64,000 bases of DNA from an uncultured Candidatus Saccharibacteria bacterium (GCA_964447105.1 CAYURH010000002.1:845-64844); one strand, 5' to 3'. Shown: positions 47,431 to 55,505, counted from the stretch's first letter. Notes: generated from the sequence alone by a model not told the origin. Program-made: numbers and translations.

Positions 47431-48522
47431 ATGCAGCCCCAAGCAGCCACCAAACAGCTCCCCGTAAGTCAGCAGGACAACCAGCTCATTGCACGGATTG
47501 TTCAGTTAGCCAAACTAGGTTCCGACCCCAATGCCATCGACCCTTTGCTCGACGTACTGCGCACCACGACGGCCACGCGCGAAGAGGGAGCGCCCCTGCA
47601 GAGCCAAGATCGCACCCGCTTGCAAGGTATTGAGAAAAAACTCCGCGCCTATTTAGTCACACAGGACCCGCTGCGACGTTTTACGCCCGAGAGCTTGGAG
47701 GCTTATCTGCAAGTCGACAGTCAACCGGTAACGGTGGGTATCAACCGTGATTTAATCACCACCCTGGTTGCGGCAGTATGCATGCCACTACTGGCGTTGG
47801 CGTTGCCGTTGTTTTCGGCTTTCCCTTTACAAAAAAGTCTTTTGTTAACCATCCCATTATTTTTGGTAGTATTACATATTGACATTGCGTGGCTCTACAT
47901 TTCGGCGCTAACCCATTTTAAACCAGAGTTTAAACGTGCTTTCTTTTTTGTATGCGTAGGTATTTTACTATTCAGCGTGGCGTTTTCGCACTATGTCCTT
48001 ATTGAATTATTAGAACTGGGTCAGGCCGAGTTATTCCGCTATGGCGGGCTGACTCTGCTCGATGCCAGCTGTTATTTCTTTATGTATATTGGGCTCCGGC
48101 AATACGCACAGTTGCTTGGTATTAAAAGTTTTGCTGTGTCGTGGCCAAAGGTAACGTTAATTGCGCTTGGGCTCAGTCTGGTGGCAATTGTAATTCCACA
48201 CACTGGCCAGCGGCCGTTCGAACCATATTTTGACGTAAGCTTGATTGGCATATGGTTGTTTAGTATGTTCTTGGCGCTCAATGCAGTGGTATCAAGCCAA
48301 ATCGTCAAAAGCGTTACGCCAGCCTACGCCAGATCGCTTCGCTGGCTGCGGATTTATTTTATTGCGGCCTGGATAGGGTCGCTGGGTTCGGCGTTTGGCC
48401 TGCCAATTGTTGGGCAGCTGAACGGTGGATTTTTATATGTTCTGATTGCCATTTTAGGCATCATACCGCAGTTATTGCTGCTGTACACGGGTTATTTGTT
48501 TAAAAAAGAAACTAGTACGTAA
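47431..48522 (+). CDS. polytopic membrane protein MP2 (N-terminal soluble helical module, then 8 TM)
   Basis: starts 4 nt after the beta-helix 2 stop; module ...IDPLLDVLRTTTA...YLVTQDPLRRF. Confidence 0.75.
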   Translation: MQPQAATKQLPVSQQDNQLIARIVQLAKLGSDPNAIDPLLDVLRTTTATREEGAPLQSQDRTRLQGIEKKLRAYLVTQDPLRRFTPESLEAYLQVDSQPVTVGINRDLITTLVAAVCMPLLALALPLFSAFPLQKSLLLTIPLFLVVLHIDIAWLYISALTHFKPEFKRAFFFVCVGILLFSVAFSHYVLIELLELGQAELFRYGGLTLLDASCYFFMYIGLRQYAQLLGIKSFAVSWPKVTLIALGLSLVAIVIPHTGQRPFEPYFDVSLIGIWLFSMFLALNAVVSSQIVKSVTPAYARSLRWLRIYFIAAWIGSLGSAFGLPIVGQLNGGFLYVLIAILGIIPQLLLLYTGYLFKKETST

Positions 48523-48535
48523 TAATGTTACTTCT

Positions 48536-48569
48536 GGTGACGGACGGCGCACCCGCGCCGCCCGTCACC
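48536..48569. terminator. bidirectional GC-rich stem-loop between convergent genes
   Basis: 15-bp stem ggtgacggacggcgc/gcgccgcccgtcacc with one mismatch. Confidence 0.6.
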
Positions 48570-48576
48570 TCGCCGG

Positions 48577-49206
48577 TTAGTTGTAGTAGAGCATCCTGCG
48601 AGCGCAGTCGACGACCCCTTGGAGCAAGTGGAAGTCGTCCGGCTGGCGAACGGCGTACGGGCCGCCGATGTTTGCAGTGAGCCATTGTTCAATGTCGTTC
48701 ACGTGCGTCCAGCGTACATCCAGCACCTTGCCCGGTTCCAGCTTGAACCGGCTCAGTTCGATTTCGGGCAGGTACAGACCGAAGTTGACGCTCAGTGTAC
48801 GGTCCGGCCAGCCATCTTCGGTGGTCTGATCAGTGCGGGTGATCCCGAACATGTGGCACCGCGAGCTGAACAGCATGTCTGGCGGTAGGGCGAAGCCCAG
48901 CTCTTCGTCGAACTCACGGACGAGCGCGCGCCAAGCTTGCTGGACGATGTCCCAGTTGGCCGGGTTTGTGCGTTCTTCGTCGGTGAGAGCCGAGATGTGC
49001 CCGGCCACACCCAACACGTCCCACACGTTGCGCATCAGTTTGACATCGGGACCGCGAAACTGCGTGAGCACCTCGGCACGGTCATTGAAGATCGCACCGT
49101 GAGTACAGATGTGCCACAAACCTCGCGCGTGCACTTCCGACTTGGGCAACGTCTGGCCCGTCGGTACACCTTTCTCGGTACAGACGTCGATCATTTCCTC
49201 GGCCAC
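48577..49206 (-). CDS. Nudix-superfamily hydrolase (high-GC island E), GTG start
   Basis: REFDEELG core of the Nudix box with atypical upstream spacing; SD aggagg 6 nt before the GTG. Confidence 0.7.
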   Translation of the reverse strand: MAEEMIDVCTEKGVPTGQTLPKSEVHARGLWHICTHGAIFNDRAEVLTQFRGPDVKLMRNVWDVLGVAGHISALTDEERTNPANWDIVQQAWRALVREFDEELGFALPPDMLFSSRCHMFGITRTDQTTEDGWPDRTLSVNFGLYLPEIELSRFKLEPGKVLDVRWTHVNDIEQWLTANIGGPYAVRQPDDFHLLQGVVDCARRMLYYN

Positions 49207-49245
49207 CGCATACCTCCTAGGGATGGCGGCTGTGCTCCAACATGA

Positions 49246-49280
49246 TTGTAAAACTAATTTTAGTAAAATCAGTTTTACAA
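49246..49280. promoter_or_regulatory. 35-bp near-perfect palindrome, candidate operator
   Basis: ttgtaaaactaatttta-g-taaaatcagttttacaa: 17-nt arms with one mismatch, centred between the divergent starts 49206 and 49323. Confidence 0.55.
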
Positions 49281-49322
49281 AAATAGATTTTACATGTTTT
49301 GTGGTAAAAAACGAAGTACAAT

Positions 49323-49988
49323 ATGTTCATGCATCGTTTGCAAAAATACATTTTGGACAGATTGCGCCTACAGCAACCGCAAAGTTACAGCGACATGTTA
49401 CCCGCAGATGTCGTAAGCAGCCATTTCCAATACCATCTGAAATCACTGCAAAATCAAGGATTAATTCGCAAAGAATCGCGCGGCCAATACAGCCTCACCA
49501 CCGCCGGCCAAGCCGCAGTAGAATACATGTCAATGGACCGCGACACCCCAGCACGCATGCCCAAGGTAGTAACCTACACACTCCTCACACACGGCGACCA
49601 CCTGTTACTACTGCGCAAGCAAAAAGAGCCATACCGGGGATTGCTGGAACCGGTAGCCGGCAAAATCCACGTCGGCGAGAACGCGTCAACTGCCGCTCAG
49701 CGTGAGGTGTATGAAAAATTTGGACTCCACGTTCCTACGCCACAGTTACGCGGCACGGCCGACATACTTATCACCAAAGACGGTGAGCCACTCACACATA
49801 TGACCGCGTATGCGCACACTATAGAATTATCAGACCTGCCCAACCCCATGCCCCAAAATATGGTGATGGTCGCCGCCGATAAAATTACTAAGCAAAATGA
49901 CTTTGTGCCAGGCGCACTACAGCTGATTCAAGCTCTTTTGCAAAAAACTGACGAACCATTTGTTTTAGATATCAAAGCGAAAGCCTAG
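49323..49988 (+). CDS. winged-helix DNA-binding domain fused to a Nudix domain with a degenerate catalytic box
   Basis: N-terminal wHTH pattern (SSHFQYHLKSLQNQGLIRK...GQYSLT); Nudix box GKIHVGENASTAAQREVYEKFGL in which the second Glu of the EE pair is Lys. Confidence 0.75.
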   Translation: MFMHRLQKYILDRLRLQQPQSYSDMLPADVVSSHFQYHLKSLQNQGLIRKESRGQYSLTTAGQAAVEYMSMDRDTPARMPKVVTYTLLTHGDHLLLLRKQKEPYRGLLEPVAGKIHVGENASTAAQREVYEKFGLHVPTPQLRGTADILITKDGEPLTHMTAYAHTIELSDLPNPMPQNMVMVAADKITKQNDFVPGALQLIQALLQKTDEPFVLDIKAKA

Positions 49989-50151
49989 CGGTTAGAATAT
50001 CCCAACCGCCAGTTGTATCTAGATTACAATTGTAATGATAAGAAACGCGGAGTAATTTCTGCGACTGCACCATATTCCCGATACAACATCTGGTAGCACA
50101 AAATGGGTGGAGCCCCCGGGCGGGGCGAGCCACACCCGGGGACAGAGTAGG

Positions 50152-50607
50152 TCAGACGGTCTGAAGCGACACCACGCAGTAGCGGATGTGGTCTTCGAAA
50201 TCCGACGTGTGGATGAACCGCCGCGGCGGTTGGCCGGGCACCGGCGGCAGCAGGTGGGCTGTGAGCAGGGCCTCAGCGCTGCCCGGACGGATGGTATGCG
50301 GCTGGGCGTCCCGCTCCACGTCGGGAACGAGCTTCTCCATCACGTCGTGCGGGCCGCCATTGATGTTGAGGTCGTTGCTGGTCAGCACGTACCGCTTGCC
50401 GCCGCGAGCGACGACCCGCCGGAATAGCCGGACGACTCGGTCGGCGCGCCGCCTGTCACAGCGCACGCCCGCTTCGTTCGACTCACGCATGATGGCGGCG
50501 ATGACGTCGTCGTACGTCGGCACGGCTGGCGACGCCGATGTCGTCACCGCCGGTGCCGATGTCGTCTCGTCGGCGGCCTTCCGCCGACTCAGGACTGTAG
50601 CTGTCAC
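50152..50607 (-). CDS. hypothetical protein, 151 aa (high-GC island F), GTG start
   Basis: SD taggaggg 8 nt before the GTG; GC-rich stem-loop after the stop; overlapping ORFs in other frames rejected. Confidence 0.55.
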   Translation of the reverse strand: MTATVLSRRKAADETTSAPAVTTSASPAVPTYDDVIAAIMRESNEAGVRCDRRRADRVVRLFRRVVARGGKRYVLTSNDLNINGGPHDVMEKLVPDVERDAQPHTIRPGSAEALLTAHLLPPVPGQPPRRFIHTSDFEDHIRYCVVSLQTV

Positions 50608-50726
50608 TGCACAAGCCCTCCTACTCGTCCGACCTTCTGTCAGTCGGATCTATCTCTACTATACATCGTAAACTTAAGCGACATCAAAAATATGAATCCC
50701 GCCATCAACCTTTGTGCGGCTTGGAG

Positions 50727-51233
50727 CTACTCGTTGTTGCCGAGTTTGTATGTGCGGTAGGTTTGGCTGTCTCCCTGATCGCCAGCGTCTTTGAGTAGCC
50801 AAACATGAGAGACGTGGTGGGTTTGCCCTTCAAATACACCCGCTTCTACCACCGTGGCGCCTGCCCAGGTGACCGTCATATGAGGATAATAATTGTGGTC
50901 CTCGCGTTCGGGATATTTCGATTTGATTGCGTCACCCATATATCGGATAAATGCCTGATGAAAAGCAGCTACGGCATCGCGCGGTGACACCTCAATAACT
51001 TCTACTGGCATGTTTTCTGGTTTGAGACGCTCGCCAAAATGAATTGCAAATGGCGCCTGCAATCGGCAAAAATCATGGATCATCGCCAGACCATCTTTTT
51101 CTATAATCCCTTCAAACGCAAACCGTCGTTTGAGCGCCACCTGCGGGTACCAACCGTTAGCCCCTTGGTACACAAACTCACCCTCTTTGGGTTGACGATC
51201 GAAAAAGGCAACGATTTGATAGGGATAGTGCAT
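50727..51233 (-). CDS. hypothetical protein, 168 aa (possibly 2H-phosphoesterase-like; only one HxT motif seen, PHMTV)
   Basis: clean ORF; weak family hint only. Confidence 0.65.
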   Translation of the reverse strand: MHYPYQIVAFFDRQPKEGEFVYQGANGWYPQVALKRRFAFEGIIEKDGLAMIHDFCRLQAPFAIHFGERLKPENMPVEVIEVSPRDAVAAFHQAFIRYMGDAIKSKYPEREDHNYYPHMTVTWAGATVVEAGVFEGQTHHVSHVWLLKDAGDQGDSQTYRTYKLGNNE

Positions 51234-51253
51234 AACCTCATTATAATAGAACT

Positions 51254-51607
51254 ATGAGTACCAACAATCACATCGATCTCGTAGAATTTCCCGCTTCGTC
51301 GGCTGACGAGGTGCAAAAAGTTACCGCGTTTTTTGTCGCAGTTTTTGACTGGCAATTCAAAAAATGGGGCGACGACTACAGCGACACTCACGATAGTGGA
51401 GTAACTGCCGGTGTAAACGGCAATGAATCCAAAGAACAAACCGCACCACTGGCAGTGATCTACAGCACCGACCTGGAGGGCACCCGCGACAAGATTGTGG
51501 CTGCCGGCGGCAAGATCACCTATCCCATCAACTCGTTTCCAGGTGGACGGCGGTTTGCTTTTACCGACCCAGTCGGCAACGAACTCGCCGTATGGTCGGA
51601 TAAATAG
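51254..51607 (+). CDS. VOC (glyoxalase/bleomycin-resistance fold) family protein
   Basis: 117 aa with a family-typical C-terminus GGRRFAFTDPVGNELAVWS. Confidence 0.8.
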   Translation: MSTNNHIDLVEFPASSADEVQKVTAFFVAVFDWQFKKWGDDYSDTHDSGVTAGVNGNESKEQTAPLAVIYSTDLEGTRDKIVAAGGKITYPINSFPGGRRFAFTDPVGNELAVWSDK

Positions 51608-51630
51608 GGACTGCAGAACAGTAATTACAA

Positions 51631-53304
51631 TTACATCGAGGCTTGACGGCGGATCCTGCGCACGATCAGCCAAATCATCATCACCACAAAGGCCAACACA
51701 AGGAGCAACCACCACCAGTTAAATAGTGGATTCACTGTGGTGCTGTTATCAACTGGCTGAGTTTCGGGTTGCTGCTCGGTGGGGGTAGTGGGGCTGCTGT
51801 CGCTTTCGGCGGGTGGGGGAGTGGTGGTGTCGGGAGCTGGCTCGAGAGGCGGCGCGATGTCTTCGTCGGTGGTTGTGGAGTTGCTAGTTGTGTGATGCGT
51901 CGTGACCGTTTTGCCAGGTGAGGCAGGTGGGGGAGTGGAGCCACCACCACTATCAACAGGTGGCGCTGGCGGTTCTGTGATACTCAGCGTATATGCTTTC
52001 GACGTAGTCAGCAAAAGATCCCGAGCGCTAATGGTGATGTTGAAATCGCCAGATTCGGTGGGCGTACCGCTGAGCAGCCCACTAGATGTATTGAGAGTAA
52101 TGCCAGCCGGCAATGTACCCGAAGCCAATGCGTAGGTGACTGGACCGTGCGGATCGGTCGTCACGATAGCTTTGCTGTATGACGTATCAACTTCACTGCT
52201 GGGGAGCGATGTTGTGCTGATAGTCAAATAATTAAATCCTCGCAGCTGCGGCAAGCTGTTGGCCGCCGTCTGCCAAATTGTCGAGAAATTCCAACTATTC
52301 AGTGGCGCTTGGCTCGAAGTGTTGATGTACGAGGACTTGCTCGCCACACTTCCACCACCGGTCACCGTACCAAATTCTAGACCAATACGCGACGATTCTC
52401 CCGTGTCCCCAGTACTCCAGTATGAATTGGTGACTGAAGCCGTGCCATCAAGCTGGGCCAAGATGCCACCGTGAGGGTTGCTGCCGTGAGTAATACTGCC
52501 CACCGCTACGGCGTTGCTAAGTGTACCGCCACCGTTGAGAAAGCCGCCGATACCGCCTACATACATATCGGTCACTACCGGGCCAACATTCAACAGATTG
52601 CTCATGGTGCTAAAGAAAGAATAGGCGAAAATTCCACTTGCTTCTTGGGCGCCGCCGTTAGCCGTGAGGGCTACCGTGTTTATGACGTCGCTCACTGTTG
52701 AGCCGCTCGCTGTGTTGATAACACCTATAGTGCCGGCGGCCAATTCGTTGGCTGTCACTGTACCGTCGGTAATAACTTTGGAGATTGTGCCACTGTCGCC
52801 CAAATAACCAAGCAGTCCACCAACATTTTGGTTGCCGGTCACCGTGCCGTGGGCCTGTACATTGGTAATGGTAATGCCGTCTAGTTCACCACCAAGCGTG
52901 CCTACAGAGTTATGGCCGGTGATATTAAAATCTTTGAGTCGCACATTCGTGATAGTGCCGCCCTGCGTAAATCCAAAAATACCTATGTTGTCTGATCCTG
53001 GTCGATTGATATACAGGCCACTAATAGTATGACCTTGGCCATCCAAATCTGGTGCATAGCCAAACCCACCGATGGGGGCAAACCCGGCGCCGCTATTCCA
53101 AGTAGTGGTGTCACTGCAGTCAATGTCGGCCGTCAGCCGCCACGTTGTACCACTGGTCATGTTTTGCAGTTCGGTACACGTAGATATGTTTACTACCGCC
53201 GCATTAGCCCGGTGGGTCACCAACAGGGGTACGGCGATCAAGCCCACGGCAATCGCGAGTAACGTCAGGCGTTTTCTCAATCGTCTCCAGGAAGATTTCA
53301 TCAT
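51631..53304 (-). CDS. cell-surface adhesin-like protein (signal peptide, GLUG-type beta-helix region, Ig-like He_PIG domain, Pro/Thr stalk, C-terminal TM anchor)
   Basis: LTADIDCS...FAPIGG...LDGQGHTISGL...IGIFG and GGLLGYL/VGGIGGFL GLUG-like motifs; GTLPAGITLNTSSGLLSGTPTESG; C-terminus WWWLLLVLAFVVMMIWLIVRRIRR. Confidence 0.8.
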   Translation of the reverse strand: MMKSSWRRLRKRLTLLAIAVGLIAVPLLVTHRANAAVVNISTCTELQNMTSGTTWRLTADIDCSDTTTWNSGAGFAPIGGFGYAPDLDGQGHTISGLYINRPGSDNIGIFGFTQGGTITNVRLKDFNITGHNSVGTLGGELDGITITNVQAHGTVTGNQNVGGLLGYLGDSGTISKVITDGTVTANELAAGTIGVINTASGSTVSDVINTVALTANGGAQEASGIFAYSFFSTMSNLLNVGPVVTDMYVGGIGGFLNGGGTLSNAVAVGSITHGSNPHGGILAQLDGTASVTNSYWSTGDTGESSRIGLEFGTVTGGGSVASKSSYINTSSQAPLNSWNFSTIWQTAANSLPQLRGFNYLTISTTSLPSSEVDTSYSKAIVTTDPHGPVTYALASGTLPAGITLNTSSGLLSGTPTESGDFNITISARDLLLTTSKAYTLSITEPPAPPVDSGGGSTPPPASPGKTVTTHHTTSNSTTTDEDIAPPLEPAPDTTTPPPAESDSSPTTPTEQQPETQPVDNSTTVNPLFNWWWLLLVLAFVVMMIWLIVRRIRRQASM

Positions 53305-53368
53305 TTTTGTCTTACTTTGTATTTATAATATACTACTGCGCTTGTGCTTACTAGTGCAATGTTTTGCT

Positions 53369-54583
53369 CTACAAACACTCGTCAGCAGCGGTGCAGGTGA
53401 TAATTGCACCGTCGTCATATCGGTTGTTGTTCCCCCAGACATTGCCAGTATTGGTAAACTTGAAAGCGTTGATCGGCCCGTATGCGGCACATTTGCGGTT
53501 CGTTCCGCGCTGGAACACGTTGTCTTGATACACGATACGCGTGGCGCCATTTTCTGGCGCCTGGCCGCCGTAGCTACAAAACGAAGCCCCGGTGTTGGCA
53601 CCCAACAGGTTTCTATATATGTACGCACCTGGGATTGGCCCGTAGTGTGCAATCATGTTGATATCGCCAGTGCAACCACCACCGTCTTTGTTGACTACAG
53701 CGTCACAAATAATTGAACTGTGCTCTATATCGAAGCAAACGCCGCTCATACCACCACTACCAGTGCCCGTGCAAGGCACTTGTTCGCCAAAGTGAGCGAT
53801 GCCGCCCAAGTGAGTTTCGCCGGTCGAAGACTGCCATTGGTCGTGAACCCACGAGTCCTTCATGGAACAATGCGATGAGTGTTCCTGGCATTCCATGGCG
53901 TTGTGGCCGCCGTGAATATTTGCCCGCAAGACGTTCATATTGCCGTTATAGAGGGCTGGAAGATCGCCAGCAGTGGCCGCGACTTCAGAGTCAGTCAGAT
54001 TAAGCGACCAATTGAGGCCAATCAGTATATTGTTAACCTTAGTGTCCGTGTCGACGATAATGCGACCATTGATCTTGCTTCGGGTAATCGTCACGTTTGC
54101 AGCCTGAATCTCAAGCTCGCAGTTGATTGTCTTGGCATCAATAGTGGTATTAGGTGTAGTTATTGTGCAACTCCCCGTGTACGCCGTCAGTACCGTTCCA
54201 GCTGGCACGCCAGTATTGTGGGCGCCGGGCCAACAACCACCAAAACCGTCGGGGCCGTCAGGAACATGCTGCGTACTCACCGCGCACGTACCCGTGCCAC
54301 CGCCACCACCAGATGGTGGGGGAGGGGTTGGCGCATTAAACTGGATGGCCTGTCCGCCAGAAGCAGTGCCGTCAGTTATAACATGAGCGTTGGTAGCAAC
54401 AGTGCCGGACTCGGGCTCATTACTGGCAAAGAACCCTGAAGCTTTCGTAAGGATTATCACCAGCCCAGCTGTGAGCACAATCATTGTCACGCTCACGGCT
54501 ATGAGTTTATTGGTTCGTGAGCTACGCCACATCGAAGTTAACTTTGACGACGAGTTCATAGAAGTGCCTCTTTTGCGTTTCAT
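53369..54583 (-). CDS. secreted Cys-rich beta-helix-like protein (paralog 3) with the shared N-module
   Basis: FFASNEPESGT...ASGGQAIQF, PPPPSGGGGG, then CAVSTQHVPDGPDGFGGCWPGAHNTG. Confidence 0.75.
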   Translation of the reverse strand: MKRKRGTSMNSSSKLTSMWRSSRTNKLIAVSVTMIVLTAGLVIILTKASGFFASNEPESGTVATNAHVITDGTASGGQAIQFNAPTPPPPSGGGGGTGTCAVSTQHVPDGPDGFGGCWPGAHNTGVPAGTVLTAYTGSCTITTPNTTIDAKTINCELEIQAANVTITRSKINGRIIVDTDTKVNNILIGLNWSLNLTDSEVAATAGDLPALYNGNMNVLRANIHGGHNAMECQEHSSHCSMKDSWVHDQWQSSTGETHLGGIAHFGEQVPCTGTGSGGMSGVCFDIEHSSIICDAVVNKDGGGCTGDINMIAHYGPIPGAYIYRNLLGANTGASFCSYGGQAPENGATRIVYQDNVFQRGTNRKCAAYGPINAFKFTNTGNVWGNNNRYDDGAIITCTAADECL

Positions 54584-54650
54584 GTAGTGATTTTATTCGT
54601 ACTTATGCTTATAGTGATGCATGAAACCTGGCGTGTCAACATAGCCTAAT

Positions 54651-55505
54651 CTAATATCGAGTAAGTTTAAACGATACCTTATATACCATGGCGCGCACTT
54701 TATCGCCGATTTCTTGCAGCGCATAGTTGAGTTTGGGGTCGCGCTCGCCCACAATGATGTAGCCGCGTACGTGTGCATCGGGCTTACTTAGTTTTTGGCG
54801 CACCCAACCCATGTAACGCAACACTTGGCCAATTACTTCGTCGTTTTTGCGACCTTTTTTGAGTTCGATCACCACAAAACCGCCTTTTTCGTCCTGCGCC
54901 AACAGATCGATATAGCCAACTTCTTCGGTATAATATTGCTTGCCACTGTTGCCGTTTTCATCGACATAGAGCGATAGCTTTTCGCCAAAATCAATCTTTT
55001 GCCAATTTTCTACTATAAATTCCTCGAGGTGCTTTTCGAGCGCATAGTTCATTTCTTCTTCGGCGACTTCTTCTGGGGAATTCAGTACATCAGGTTCGAA
55101 ACCCATGATGACATTGTAGTCACGCTCAGAAATCTTGCTGGATCCGCCCTGAGCTGGCACCCAACTGATGCTGCCGTAGGCTTTGCGCGGTTTAGGTTCG
55201 TCAAATACCGCTATGTCTTCTAGGTCTATGCGCAATGTGGTGGGGTCGAGAAATAGGTTCTGTGATTCTGGCAAATTTTCATAGGCGCCAGTTTTGAGCG
55301 TAGCGGCTCCGACAAACACTTGATTATTCATGCCGGTTAGATAGAAGAGTACTTTGTCGCCAGGCTGGATCGCCTTGCGATTAGGGGTGTGTAGGCCAAA
55401 ACCCCAGCAACTTCGCTCTTTCACTAAATACGTAAAAACTTCATGCGCCTTGCGCTGCTTGCCGTAAACAGACAGATCTGAGACTTGAAAAACATAATAT
55501 GCCAT
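54651..55505 (-). CDS. EVE (PUA-like) domain fused to a PD-(D/E)xK (NucS/DUF91-like) nuclease domain
   Basis: N-terminus CWGFG...NRKAIQPGDKVLFYLTG...FVGAATL; C-terminus GYIDLLAQDEKGGFVVIELKKG...QVLRYMGW. Confidence 0.75.
   Translation of the reverse strand: MAYYVFQVSDLSVYGKQRKAHEVFTYLVKERSCWGFGLHTPNRKAIQPGDKVLFYLTGMNNQVFVGAATLKTGAYENLPESQNLFLDPTTLRIDLEDIAVFDEPKPRKAYGSISWVPAQGGSSKISERDYNVIMGFEPDVLNSPEEVAEEEMNYALEKHLEEFIVENWQKIDFGEKLSLYVDENGNSGKQYYTEEVGYIDLLAQDEKGGFVVIELKKGRKNDEVIGQVLRYMGWVRQKLSKPDAHVRGYIIVGERDPKLNYALQEIGDKVRAMVYKVSFKLTRY

Noticed and set aside
50023-50036. Perfect 14-bp palindrome attacaattgtaat, with similar agattacaat strings near 59484 and 51625, considered as island boundary repeats or att sites
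   Set aside because: The shared core is short and AT-rich and is not found at both ends of any one island. No integrase is present, so chance similarity cannot be excluded.
51101-53716. Antisense ORFs 51101..51715 (204 aa) and 53072..53716 (214 aa)
   Set aside because: They overlap the VOC, adhesin and beta-helix genes, which have clear family features. The antisense ORFs bridge intergenic regions and lack SDs.
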